A stretch of 59,229 bases of DNA. Origin: a virus (lineage: Duplodnaviria > Caudoviricetes). The notes under the pieces were generated by a model that did no database searches, was not told where the DNA came from, and saw only the letters and a list, made by a program, of their open reading frames with translations. Position numbers and translations under genes: made by a program. Location of the stretch: positions 1 to 59,229 of IMG/VR virus record IMGVR_UViG_3300028569_001325; one strand, written 5' to 3'. Below, piece by piece: positions 47,783 to 57,764 of this stretch; position 1 is the stretch's first letter; every line of letters begins with the position of its first letter.

Positions 47783-48438
47783 AATAATATTTTGTAGTCT
47801 TCTGTTACAGGAGTTTCGTTTATACTAATTCGTTCACCAACAAATCTACCATTTTCTCTTTTAATAGGAAATGGTTTTTTTTCATAAAATTCATCATGAG
47901 TACAACGGTCGTTTAAAAATACTTGGTATATAGTTTTAGAAAAGACTTGATCGTGACCATACTCCAAAGTTCTACCAAGATTAAATTTATTAACTAAATC
48001 TGTCATAGGTATTGTTTTTGCCTTTATTCCCCACATGCCGGCAAGAATTCCTGGTTCGCTTATACCATAAGGTATTACATGTGCAGGATGATCTCTCATA
48101 ACGTGTAATGTTTTTTTACTATCAATCCAATCTTGTACCGCTAAAAACTCTCTGTTTGATAATCTAGAATCACAATCTCTAAAACAGACATATTCGGCAT
48201 CTTCAATATCTGATGCTAAAAATCTCCAAAAAGAACCGTGAATACCTCTATTAGTCATATCTAAACAAATGACTCCGTTATTCAAAAGAGAATTAATAGT
48301 TTCTGACGGTACGCTATTGTCGTAATATAAAATCATTTGCCAATCAGGATAAATTTTTTTTACCTGTTCTGAATTTCTAATTGCCCCGATATTATATAAT
48401 GGGTTGTCTCCCCATAAACTGTAACTAATATAATTCAT
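47779..48438 (-). CDS. Putative GT-A glycosyltransferase
   Basis: ISYSLWG, WRFL, RDCDSR, HVMRDHP, LAGMWG and DQ.F motifs. Confidence 0.6.
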   Translation of the reverse strand: MNYISYSLWGDNPLYNIGAIRNSEQVKKIYPDWQMILYYDNSVPSETINSLLNNGVICLDMTNRGIHGSFWRFLASDIEDAEYVCFRDCDSRLSNREFLAVQDWIDSKKTLHVMRDHPAHVIPYGISEPGILAGMWGIKAKTIPMTDLVNKFNLGRTLEYGHDQVFSKTIYQVFLNDRCTHDEFYEKKPFPIKRENGRFVGERISINETPVTEDYKILL

Positions 48439-49862
48439 TAAAATATGTTTTGATATAATTTATTTAAACTTTCGTCCATATTAACTGAGTGTCCTTGTGT
48501 TTTATGTGAATCTAATTGTAAATGTTTTAAAATTCCATTTGTAATTAACATTTTTTTATTTTTAATATTACTAAAATATGTGATAGATCTTTCGTGTGCG
48601 TGTCCACAAGTTTTAGTTTCTTTTATTCTATCAGCGATAGGATTAAACCAAGACATGTATTCGTTAAAAATATCAGTTCTAAATGTGGTGTTTGATGTTG
48701 ATGACCAAACAGAGTTAGGATTTTTTTCTAATATTTTTTTATAATAACTTAATAAATCTATTTTATTAAATTCTTTAATGACTGGTAGTATGTGTTGATT
48801 CCATTCAGGGTTTTGAACAAATTGGTAATGGGACATAGGAAATGGTACATACCCTATCATCTCAACATTATCATTATAAAGTTTTGTATGGAACTGGTCT
48901 ATATTTTTATTTAGTACAGTATCGTACTCAAACAAGTTAATATATTTAGTTCTTATTAAATTGTTTTTCCATAAACAATACCAACCTGTGTACGATGTGA
49001 ATAGAGGGTATTGTTCTAAATTACCGTCATAGTCTCTCGCAATAATAACATTATTAAAATTTTCTAATTTATCTATTGGACGACTACCTAAAAAAACGTA
49101 CCTATAATTATACAGGTTAGAAAATTTCTTTTTATTTTCAAATTCAATAATTAAATCTTGATCGTGAACAAAAATAAAAGTTTCTGACTCGTCTTTTTTA
49201 TTAATGTCTATTGGTAAATTATCCTTATACCTTTCGGCAAATTTAATTCTATTATCTTCCCACTGTTGGTTAGTTTGACCAATTGAGAGGTGAGTGACTC
49301 TAACATCAAACATAACCCCAACCTTTACATTATCTAAAAAGTTAGGTAAGCAAAAACCTAAATCATAAAAGTGGAACCCATCAATAGACTCATCAAAATT
49401 ATGTTTAATGTTATTTTTGTTTACCGCAAAAAATAACCCATCTACAAGTATAACATCTTCAATTTTATTACCAATGTCTTTTGAATATGTGCTTGTCCAT
49501 TTTTTACTTTCCTGTTTGTGATTTACTATACCATACATGGTGTTAAAAACTTCCCACCATTTAGCGTTTGTGTCCAAGTATTTAGTTCCTGCCAAACCTA
49601 AAACTCCATACTCAGGATTTTTTGTAAAATGTTTTAAAACTTTATCTGCCCAATTTTTTGTATCAAACTCTAAATCGTCATGACAAAACACGACAACATC
49701 ATTTTTAGATTCAGATAAAATTTCATTATACACTTTAGACAATGACTTCTCTCCGTTATTTACTTTTTCTATTACCTCAACATCCTTATACATAGACGTT
49801 TTTTGTAAATAATCAATATACTCTTGATTATGTTCTCTTGTTGAAAATCCTATTGTAATCAT
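48438..49862 (-). CDS. Two-domain glycosyltransferase (GT2-like N-terminus plus a second GT-like domain)
   Basis: VFCHDD, G.LGLAG, LVDGLFFA and FHFYD; second domain with FEYD and HAHERS. Confidence 0.75.
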   Translation of the reverse strand: MITIGFSTREHNQEYIDYLQKTSMYKDVEVIEKVNNGEKSLSKVYNEILSESKNDVVVFCHDDLEFDTKNWADKVLKHFTKNPEYGVLGLAGTKYLDTNAKWWEVFNTMYGIVNHKQESKKWTSTYSKDIGNKIEDVILVDGLFFAVNKNNIKHNFDESIDGFHFYDLGFCLPNFLDNVKVGVMFDVRVTHLSIGQTNQQWEDNRIKFAERYKDNLPIDINKKDESETFIFVHDQDLIIEFENKKKFSNLYNYRYVFLGSRPIDKLENFNNVIIARDYDGNLEQYPLFTSYTGWYCLWKNNLIRTKYINLFEYDTVLNKNIDQFHTKLYNDNVEMIGYVPFPMSHYQFVQNPEWNQHILPVIKEFNKIDLLSYYKKILEKNPNSVWSSTSNTTFRTDIFNEYMSWFNPIADRIKETKTCGHAHERSITYFSNIKNKKMLITNGILKHLQLDSHKTQGHSVNMDESLNKLYQNIF

Positions 49863-50470
49863 ATTCCCGTACTTCCAAATCCTTTATCGTTTCTATCTTT
49901 TTCTCCTATGACTTCCACTCTTACTAAATCGACCCATTTTCCATTCATAACAGGACACAAAACCGCTTGAGCAATTTTTTGTCCCTTTTCAATTTTTATT
50001 CTTTCGTTTGTTGTATTAAAGATTATAACCTTCACTTCTCCTTGATATCCACTATCTACAGTACCTGGAGAATTTAAAACCATTAATCCTTGATTTAGAG
50101 CCAACCCACTTTTAGATCTAACTTGTATCTCATAACCTAAAGGAATGTCAAATCTAAGTCCTGTAGGTATTAATTTTCTATCATTTGCCTGTACCCAAAT
50201 ATCTTCTGTTGATCTTAAATCAAATCCCGAATCGGATTCGTAAGCATACTCAAGATTATTATTTTCAGAATCATTAATATATTTTAAAGGGATTTTTTCA
50301 AACTCCCCATTAAAATTAATCTGATTAAAATGGTTTTCAATGTCCTCCATATTAATTCCCATTGATTCTAACATCGCTTCAGGATTTGACATATCCATAT
50401 TACCCATACCAGATTGAAGGCTATTTAACATGTCCATCTGTTCTTTCACTTCTTTTAATTTTCCAAACAT
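49859..50470 (-). CDS. dut: Trimeric dUTPase with an N-terminal extension
   Basis: SGFDL, RSKSGL, NSPGTVDSGYQGE, KIAQ and RNDKGFGSTG motifs. Confidence 0.95.
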   Translation of the reverse strand: MFGKLKEVKEQMDMLNSLQSGMGNMDMSNPEAMLESMGINMEDIENHFNQINFNGEFEKIPLKYINDSENNNLEYAYESDSGFDLRSTEDIWVQANDRKLIPTGLRFDIPLGYEIQVRSKSGLALNQGLMVLNSPGTVDSGYQGEVKVIIFNTTNERIKIEKGQKIAQAVLCPVMNGKWVDLVRVEVIGEKDRNDKGFGSTGI

Positions 50471-51171
50471 TATTTTAAATCTTTTAATTGTTTTATAAAT
50501 TCAACTAACACATCAACATCTTTTTCACAATACTCAGCAATCTGAGGTAATTTTTGTTCTACCCAATACTCATGATGTACTTTATCTCCTGTTATTTCAC
50601 CTTCTTTAGGTGTTGGTATCCCCATTGTGGAACAAACCAAATCTAAGGAACCTATTGACGTGTAAGAACCGTATTGCCAAATTTCTTTTGTGTCAATCGC
50701 TTTAACCTCCCAAGGCTTAGTGTCGTAAGATGGTAATAACTTAGACGGTAAAATTCCGTTTATTATCATTCTTTTTGCCAACATAGGAATATCAAAATTC
50801 TTTAAGTTATGTCCACATAGATAAAAATCTAACTTATGACATCTATCAAGAAGACTTCTAACTTGTGTTAATAAAACTTTTTCATCATCACCTGAGAACG
50901 TTTGTTTTTTCACTTCTCCGTTATCCATAACAAACGCCATAGAAACACAAATGATTTTTGCAAACTCAGGAACAAGTGCCGCACGTTTTTTAAAAACTTC
51001 GTCTTTTGATAACCCAACATCTTCTGGAAACCTTTTTTGAAACCAATCAAAATATTTCTCAAACTGTTCTGCAATTTCAGGACTAAATCTTTCGCAAGAT
51101 TCTAAATCAGGACATCCACCTACGGTTTCAATGTCTAAGAATAAAATTTTTGTAATGGGTATGTTTATCAT
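50470..51171 (-). CDS. PolB-like 3'-5' exonuclease
   Basis: LDIET, GHNLKNFDIP and YCEKDV (DEDDy) motifs. Confidence 0.85.
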   Translation of the reverse strand: MINIPITKILFLDIETVGGCPDLESCERFSPEIAEQFEKYFDWFQKRFPEDVGLSKDEVFKKRAALVPEFAKIICVSMAFVMDNGEVKKQTFSGDDEKVLLTQVRSLLDRCHKLDFYLCGHNLKNFDIPMLAKRMIINGILPSKLLPSYDTKPWEVKAIDTKEIWQYGSYTSIGSLDLVCSTMGIPTPKEGEITGDKVHHEYWVEQKLPQIAEYCEKDVDVLVEFIKQLKDLK

Positions 51172-52379
51172 TTTACTAAAGTTTTGTATAATTGTGCTCT
51201 GTCAGCCGTGACTTTATTTAGGTTATACGTATCTTTAACCGTTTCGTAAAGACGTTGTCCTAAATCGTATGCCCAATTAGGGTTATCAATTAATTTTTTC
51301 ATGTATTTTGACCAATCACCATTTCTAACCTCATCAACTAAAAGCGCGTTACCATCAACAAAGTTACCATTATTAAGTGAATGTTTCAAGTCAATTGTGT
51401 AAGGTCCGATGTTGGACGCAATAATTGCCTTCTTATAGAATCCTGCCTCAATAACTTTTAATTGTGATTTCATTCTATTAAAAACGTGATTTTTAATTGG
51501 TGCTAAGGACACATCGAACCATTTATAGTTTGCCGCGTAACTTGTAACGGGTTTTGTCCAAATTCTATTATATGTTGGGAATTCTTTATTAACATAGTCT
51601 TCCTCTTTAAATTTCATTAATGCTTCTTTTTGTGTTGGATTAATTAATGAATATTTGTCGGTAAAAATTTCTTCGTACCTTGCCCAAACAGTTTCTTCAG
51701 GTTTAATTGGTCTTTGTTTTTGTTCTCCTGTATCTTTATTAATTTCCGTTACAGTACCTCTTGTATCAAACCCACAAAGATAAACCGAAAACTTATCTTT
51801 TATTGGTCTTAATTTATTAAATGTTCCGTCCAATAATTTTAAATCGTGTAAGTGAGATGAACCACCTAACCACCCAAATCTTAACCTATCTGAAGATTCT
51901 GTCTTTGCTTGAAATTGTGGTTCGTTTGGATTTATTGCGTTAGGTAAAACAAATACATTTTTATTGAATTTACTTATTTCATTTGCAAATATCGTTGTTG
52001 TCGTTGTGACGTTACCTGCAACTTTTAAATTCGCAACTATTTTTTCATGTATTTTATTTTGAATGATTAATTGTTGGATAGGGTGTTCTTTAGTCGGTAA
52101 CCAATAATCATCTAAATCCATAATGGTTACTATACCCATTGAATTAAGTTTTTGAATTATTTGGACAGATTTATCATAATCTTGCCCAATACTTCTATGA
52201 AAATGTACGATTTGATATTGCTTCCAATAATTTATGTCGTTCACTTTTGGTTCATATTCTATATCCACATGAAACTCATCTGAATGATTATTTTGTAAAC
52301 AAACGTGTGGATCAATACTTCTAAATTTTCCAACACCCGTTTTATCGGATGGTAACACTAATACTTTAATTTTGTTCAT
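51168..52379 (-). CDS. GT-B (family 4-like) glycosyltransferase
   Basis: DLDDYW, GWLGGSSH..DL and FDVSLAP.....FN..KSQLK.IEAG motifs. Confidence 0.85.
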   Translation of the reverse strand: MNKIKVLVLPSDKTGVGKFRSIDPHVCLQNNHSDEFHVDIEYEPKVNDINYWKQYQIVHFHRSIGQDYDKSVQIIQKLNSMGIVTIMDLDDYWLPTKEHPIQQLIIQNKIHEKIVANLKVAGNVTTTTTIFANEISKFNKNVFVLPNAINPNEPQFQAKTESSDRLRFGWLGGSSHLHDLKLLDGTFNKLRPIKDKFSVYLCGFDTRGTVTEINKDTGEQKQRPIKPEETVWARYEEIFTDKYSLINPTQKEALMKFKEEDYVNKEFPTYNRIWTKPVTSYAANYKWFDVSLAPIKNHVFNRMKSQLKVIEAGFYKKAIIASNIGPYTIDLKHSLNNGNFVDGNALLVDEVRNGDWSKYMKKLIDNPNWAYDLGQRLYETVKDTYNLNKVTADRAQLYKTLVK

Positions 52380-52414
52380 ATAAAACTTTTAATAAAATAT
52401 AGTAGATATAAAAC

Positions 52415-52442
52415 AAAAAATCCACCCAAATTAGGTGGATTT
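52415..52442 (-). terminator. Terminator for the 54980..52461 minus-strand unit
   Basis: AAAAAATCCACC-loop-GGTGGATTT. Confidence 0.75.
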
Positions 52443-52460
52443 CATTAGTTGAAAATAAAA

Positions 52461-53099
52461 TTATTGTATTTTTTTGACTTTGGTTACCTTACCAATAAAA
52501 ATATGGTTACCTACTTTAAATTGTATTGTCTCATTACTGTTAGTTGTTGACTCCACTAACATTCCTGATTCTTTTAATTCTTCTCTAACAACATCTCTAA
52601 CGGTATCTCTAACAACATCCCTAATTATGGACTTCATTTCGTTTAGGCTAATGTTAGTCATATTATGGTTTGATTTTGGTTCAGTAATACTAACATTTTC
52701 AGATACAGTTTTATTTGGGAAATCAGATATTCTAGTTTTACCCATATTCATTAGTCTTTGTGCTCCTTGTATTACTTCATCAGAAATCTCAACACCCCCA
52801 CCAACAGAGTTAGGTTGGATTATTGGTTGTTCTATCATTAATCTTTTAATCTCATCAGGTAGTTTTGAATTAGCGATTCTACTCTCATCCAATGGTTTTG
52901 TTGGATCATGATAAGGTTTTTCTTGTGATTGTTCTGAAATGAATTCCTGTGGTAAATTATACGTAGCCTGAATGGGATTAAACTCCTCAAGCATAGGTGT
53001 ATTTATTTTTCTGGCATTTCCATTTTTTATTTGTTCGGATTTCTCCATAATTTTTTTTGATACTGCAAGTCTTTGCATTAAATCTTCTTGTGCTCCCAT
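52461..53099 (-). CDS. Hypothetical protein
   Basis: 212 aa; contains an IIRDVVRDTVRDVVREELKE repeat helix. Confidence 0.75.
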   Translation of the reverse strand: MGAQEDLMQRLAVSKKIMEKSEQIKNGNARKINTPMLEEFNPIQATYNLPQEFISEQSQEKPYHDPTKPLDESRIANSKLPDEIKRLMIEQPIIQPNSVGGGVEISDEVIQGAQRLMNMGKTRISDFPNKTVSENVSITEPKSNHNMTNISLNEMKSIIRDVVRDTVRDVVREELKESGMLVESTTNSNETIQFKVGNHIFIGKVTKVKKIQ

Positions 53100-53100
53100 A

Positions 53101-53502
53101 TTATGCTATATTTTCTTCGTCGTTAAAGTTTGCGTTTATGAATACTCTTTCCATTGACCTATCACCACTAGGGTTGTAATTCGGTCTTACTTCTGTAAAA
53201 TTATCAAGGGTTGGTTTATAAGTAAAGATTTTATCTAACCTGAAAAGTCTCCATCCTGGTAAAAAATTATTTTCATTTTTTTCAGACCAAGAAGCCCCTT
53301 CGGATTCCCAAGCTCTTAATACTCTATTACCTCTCTTACTAAGCCCAAAACAAACGGGTTCAATGGTTCTATACCCTTTACCTCCATTATCGTCTCCGTC
53401 ATAATAAATTATTATAACTTTTTTGTTTTTAATAGAATCCTGAACATCCGAAATTGATGCTGCCTCTGAGATAATATTTTTTAAACTTTTTAAGAGTTTC
53501 AT
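53101..53502 (-). CDS. WYL-domain protein
   Basis: IYY......G.RTIEP......LRAW...WRLFRLDKI. Confidence 0.8.
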   Translation of the reverse strand: MKLLKSLKNIISEAASISDVQDSIKNKKVIIIYYDGDDNGGKGYRTIEPVCFGLSKRGNRVLRAWESEGASWSEKNENNFLPGWRLFRLDKIFTYKPTLDNFTEVRPNYNPSGDRSMERVFINANFNDEENIA

Positions 53503-53789
53503 TTAACTAAATAGTATGGATTATTTGTTGAGTATTTATTTATTTTTAAGTCATCTTTTCTTTCAAAAATGTCCGTAGATGTTCCCGCCTTTTGATTATG
53601 GATGTCAAGATCACCAGTACCCCTACCCATTTTATCTCCTGTTGCTAATGCGTCAGGGTGAACCGTTGAGTATTGGTTCTCGTCTTTAAAATCATTTCTT
53701 GCAAACATTTTTTTTCTTTGTTCTTCAGCTATTTGTGATAATTTATTATCAGGTTGACTGAAATCTAATTTGTCTGATTCTATTGGCAT
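53499..53789 (-). CDS. Hypothetical protein
   Basis: 96-aa coupled ORF. Confidence 0.7.
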   Translation of the reverse strand: MPIESDKLDFSQPDNKLSQIAEEQRKKMFARNDFKDENQYSTVHPDALATGDKMGRGTGDLDIHNQKAGTSTDIFERKDDLKINKYSTNNPYYLVK

Positions 53790-54247
53790 TATATTATTTT
53801 TTTCATTAGTTTATTTATTTTTTTTAGTTCCTCGTTAACCGATAAATCATCTACTGTCGATGAGTGTTTGTCATTTAAATTAAAACTATTTTTTTCGTGG
53901 TTATCAATGTATTGGTTTTGCATACCAGTATCACTTTTTATTTTTTTACCCCCATCAACATTGGCTCTCCAAACTTTTAATACCTCATCACACCAATTTT
54001 TCATTCTATCCCCACCGTTTAATATAAATGGTGCGTCTTCTTTATTACCGTTATACCCATCAAACCAACTCTTTATTCTTTTTATTTGTTGGTATGTTGC
54101 GTTTTTACTTTGTCTTAGTTCTTGATTTCGATTAAACCCTTCAATATTTGTGTCCGCCTGTAACTGCACTGAATTAAAGCTATCACCTAAATGTTTTAAT
54201 AATGTGTCAGGTAAAACTGCGGTATTGTTATATAAATCACTGTTCAT
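53789..54247 (-). CDS. Hypothetical protein
   Basis: 152-aa coupled ORF. Confidence 0.7.
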   Translation of the reverse strand: MNSDLYNNTAVLPDTLLKHLGDSFNSVQLQADTNIEGFNRNQELRQSKNATYQQIKRIKSWFDGYNGNKEDAPFILNGGDRMKNWCDEVLKVWRANVDGGKKIKSDTGMQNQYIDNHEKNSFNLNDKHSSTVDDLSVNEELKKINKLMKKII

Positions 54248-54980
54248 CTTGAATTAACTTAATTAGTTGATTTATTGACATACCTTGTTTTTTTGCCATA
54301 CTTTTTAATGAAGAAACATTCTTTTTTAAAATATTTGACACTTCATCGTTAAGTTCCGTTTCATTATCTTTATTTGTTAATAACTTATCTTCAATTATAT
54401 CTTCGTTTTCATCAATACCCTTTTCTTTTAAAATTAACCTATCAATAAAGTTCTTCTTATTTTTAATTTTTTTAGGTGCCCTTTTATGTAACTTAGGTTT
54501 TTTACCTTGTTGTATGGTTCTTTCAATTGCCGCGTCTTTTTCTAAACCTAATTTTTTTTGAAAGTATTCTACAGTTTCGTCGTAGTTTAAAAACATAGTA
54601 TCTTCAAATCCAAAGGCATCACCCATATCCTCCTCAGCTAATTTACTCTCACCATAATGTCTACCCCTTAAAAACACATCTCTTGGATTTCTAGCCATAC
54701 CAATAATTTTATCCATTGTTGTTGAACCTTGCATACTTGATGCTGGATCTAATATTGGAATGCTTGATGACATCCACGTACCATCAGTATCGACAAGTTC
54801 TGTAACCTCCTCTTCTTTACCTTTAGTGTCTTTTTTTGTTTTTGTTTTAAATATTTCGTGTGATTTACATGGCATATATTTTCTATCACCATCTTCATTG
54901 TGATAGTGTGAACCCGTACATCCTAATGTTTTAGCAACTCTTTCTGCACGTTCTTTAGTTGAGTATTTGTATGATTTCAT
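54237..54980 (-). CDS. Protein with an N-terminal DUF3721-like His/Cys motif
   Basis: YSTKERAE..A..LGC.GSH.H......YMPC.SH. Confidence 0.6.
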   Translation of the reverse strand: MKSYKYSTKERAERVAKTLGCTGSHYHNEDGDRKYMPCKSHEIFKTKTKKDTKGKEEEVTELVDTDGTWMSSSIPILDPASSMQGSTTMDKIIGMARNPRDVFLRGRHYGESKLAEEDMGDAFGFEDTMFLNYDETVEYFQKKLGLEKDAAIERTIQQGKKPKLHKRAPKKIKNKKNFIDRLILKEKGIDENEDIIEDKLLTNKDNETELNDEVSNILKKNVSSLKSMAKKQGMSINQLIKLIQDEQ

Positions 54981-54994
54981 AAACTCTTTTACCT

Positions 54995-55020
54995 ATAAAT
55001 ACTTACAACAAAGTATTTAT
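54995..55020. promoter_or_regulatory. Divergent pair of TATTTAT phage promoters
   Basis: ATAAATA at 54995-55001 (minus strand) and TATTTAT at 55014-55020 (plus strand) between divergent genes. Confidence 0.65.
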
Positions 55021-55031
55021 CTTAAAAAAGA

Positions 55032-56969
55032 ATGCCTAGTCAAAATTTAAATAGTTATTATTACCCAAGATACCAATCAAAATTGAATTATGGACAATAT
55101 TTCGATTTAACTTTGGCTTCAGATGAGAGGGGCTATGATGAGGAAGTTGTCTTCTCTACGGATATTATTGCCGAAAATGACGGTAATAGGTTACCAATTT
55201 ATATGGATTTAAGTTCTTTAGACTCGTCACCACAACTTATAATTGATTTTTATGAATATTCTTCCGGGTCGACATTAGTTTCAAAAAACTATTATAATCC
55301 AAATAATGTTGATATCTCTTGTTATTCGGCATTTACAGGAATATGTGATGTTGGGTTAGTTGCGACTGACAATGGTTTATACACTAAAATGTCAGGAGAG
55401 ACTTTATATTATTCTATGGGTATTAGAGATGACTATAAGTTTAATCCATATTATAGAGATAGAAGGTATAAAATGCATATGGTTACGGGATACACTCAGT
55501 CACCTAACATAAGATTTTCAGGTATACCAAAAAATACAATTTATAACTCACTATCAAAATCAGAACCCAACGTCGGATATTACCAACAATTATACGGTAG
55601 TTTTTATCAAGGATTTTATAAATTATTTGGGTATGATTATGAAGTTTTCCCTGAGAGGGTGAATAAGGGATGGTCGGCTGAAATGATATTAAAACCAAGA
55701 AATGTTGATCAATACCCAATAGACACTAACACGGAAGAATACTTAAATCAGATATACCCAAATAATTCAGGAACTTTCTTTTTCTTTGGTACAAGGGCTG
55801 AAAACAAATATTACCATTTTGCTGATGGTAGTCCCGAATCCGATTCGGGATATACAAGGGTTACTTCAGGATTAACAACATTAAATACATGTGCTTGTTC
55901 AGACACAGGAGTTACTAACGCCAATTGTGTTACAGTTTATCCACAAAGTGCATCAACCACCGCACATAATATTGGGTGTAATTGTGGTACACCGGCATGT
56001 AGTTATTCAGTACCTGTTCCCCCTATTAATCCTAAATTTGATGTTTTGTCAAACGCAATGTCCATTAGGTTTAGTGGTTGTCCGGTAAATCCAAGTATAT
56101 GTGTAAAGTATTTAAAAATAACAGGGGATTGTATAACTACCGGCACATGTGAAACGTCAGGAACAACATTTCAAACAGGGTATACTATCACAGAAATTTG
56201 TGGTCCAAGAATATATGATGAATGTGATTATCCTTGCTCTGCAGATACTGAAGATAGATGGGTTATGGTTAGTGCCGTTTTTGAACGACATACCACAATT
56301 GAGGATTGCGACTTATTACACTTAGGTGGGTTAGGAGATTTAAGAATTAGAACCTACCAATCCATTTTAGACGGAGCATCTTATAATTTAATAATGCCAC
56401 CCGAAACCCATCCAGGAAGTGTAGGTGAACCTAAAGTTTATAAAATAAAGTTTGATCACAAATGGTTTGATGATGTTTGGTATAGATTAGGTACACTTAA
56501 AATTTATGTGAACAGTTACCTTTATATGGTTATTGAAAATTTTGAGGAGATTATACCTAGAGAGTTAAACACACCTAAAGAAAGACAAGTCGGAGTACCT
56601 TTTAATTTTTCTTTTGGGGGAGGAACTCAAGGGTTACATAACCATTTAATATTTTCTGCAGATACAATGACTAGCGGACAATATATCCAAGATCCTGAGT
56701 TATTTCCAAATAATATATTATCAGCAACAACATTGTCAGGTTTAACTACCGACATATTAATGGAACAAACTTTCGGTGGAACATTTATGGGAGGAATATC
56801 TCAATTTAGAATGTATGTTGAACCGTTAACAACACCTCAAATACAACACAATTTTAGAATATTAAGAAATAGATTTGATTTATATGACTTTTGGTGTCCT
56901 AACTGTTATTCAGAAATACCGAACGATTATATTGATCCAGATTATATTGAACCTAATTATTTTGAATAA
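55032..56969 (+). CDS. Cys-containing virion protein with LamG/concanavalin-like elements
   Basis: LKIYVN and FMGGISQFRMY..PL...QI..NF motifs. Confidence 0.6.
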   Translation: MPSQNLNSYYYPRYQSKLNYGQYFDLTLASDERGYDEEVVFSTDIIAENDGNRLPIYMDLSSLDSSPQLIIDFYEYSSGSTLVSKNYYNPNNVDISCYSAFTGICDVGLVATDNGLYTKMSGETLYYSMGIRDDYKFNPYYRDRRYKMHMVTGYTQSPNIRFSGIPKNTIYNSLSKSEPNVGYYQQLYGSFYQGFYKLFGYDYEVFPERVNKGWSAEMILKPRNVDQYPIDTNTEEYLNQIYPNNSGTFFFFGTRAENKYYHFADGSPESDSGYTRVTSGLTTLNTCACSDTGVTNANCVTVYPQSASTTAHNIGCNCGTPACSYSVPVPPINPKFDVLSNAMSIRFSGCPVNPSICVKYLKITGDCITTGTCETSGTTFQTGYTITEICGPRIYDECDYPCSADTEDRWVMVSAVFERHTTIEDCDLLHLGGLGDLRIRTYQSILDGASYNLIMPPETHPGSVGEPKVYKIKFDHKWFDDVWYRLGTLKIYVNSYLYMVIENFEEIIPRELNTPKERQVGVPFNFSFGGGTQGLHNHLIFSADTMTSGQYIQDPELFPNNILSATTLSGLTTDILMEQTFGGTFMGGISQFRMYVEPLTTPQIQHNFRILRNRFDLYDFWCPNCYSEIPNDYIDPDYIEPNYFE

Positions 56970-56993
56970 ACTTTATATTTATTAAATAAAAAA

Positions 56994-57764
56994 ATGCCAT
57001 TAGTTACTAGACAATACGGACCAAACGCAAAAAATACTAAACTATCCAATTTTGATATGGATAGTAACTTGTATTATTTACAAGAATTAGGTGTAAGTGG
57101 ATTTTCCTACTCAAACGGAATAATTGAGATATCCAACCCAACGGGAGGGACAAAAGATGTTACAATAAATATAGTTACAGGGTTTACATACAATAACCTT
57201 AATACTTTTACAATTACGGACAACTATAATAATAATTTTAGTGCAACAATTAATACTGTTACAGGATTAACTGTAAATGGAACAATTTCTGCAACAACAT
57301 ATCAGAATTTACCATTAGACGTTACAGTAACAGGAGGAACATTTTCCGCAGGAACAATAACGTTTACAAACACAACAGGAGGAACATTTAATGTTACTGG
57401 CGTTACTTCCACACCTTCCGTCAATTACACAATTTATAAATCGTTAGTTTCACTAAGTGGTGGGATATTTACTGTAACTCAATTAGAAAATACTATAGGA
57501 GACGGTAGTGGTGTAAGTCCAAATGATATTCAGTGGAGTAACCCTAATAATGGTATAATTAGAGCAACTAAGACAGGTGCGTTTACATCCTCTAATATAT
57601 TAATATCTGTTGAAAACATTAATGGTGGGGGGGTACCTTACATATGTACAGGACAAAAATCTACATCAAATTATATTTCAATAAGTATATTTCTTCATGA
57701 CGGTACGTTGTCATCAACACCAAATTTTACAAATTTACCAGTAGAAATAAGGAAGTATAACTAA
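56994..57764 (+). CDS. Putative tail-fibre/adhesin protein
   Basis: Thr/Gly-rich repeats (VTGGTFSAGTITFTNTTGGTFNVTG). Confidence 0.6.
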   Translation: MPLVTRQYGPNAKNTKLSNFDMDSNLYYLQELGVSGFSYSNGIIEISNPTGGTKDVTINIVTGFTYNNLNTFTITDNYNNNFSATINTVTGLTVNGTISATTYQNLPLDVTVTGGTFSAGTITFTNTTGGTFNVTGVTSTPSVNYTIYKSLVSLSGGIFTVTQLENTIGDGSGVSPNDIQWSNPNNGIIRATKTGAFTSSNILISVENINGGGVPYICTGQKSTSNYISISIFLHDGTLSSTPNFTNLPVEIRKYN

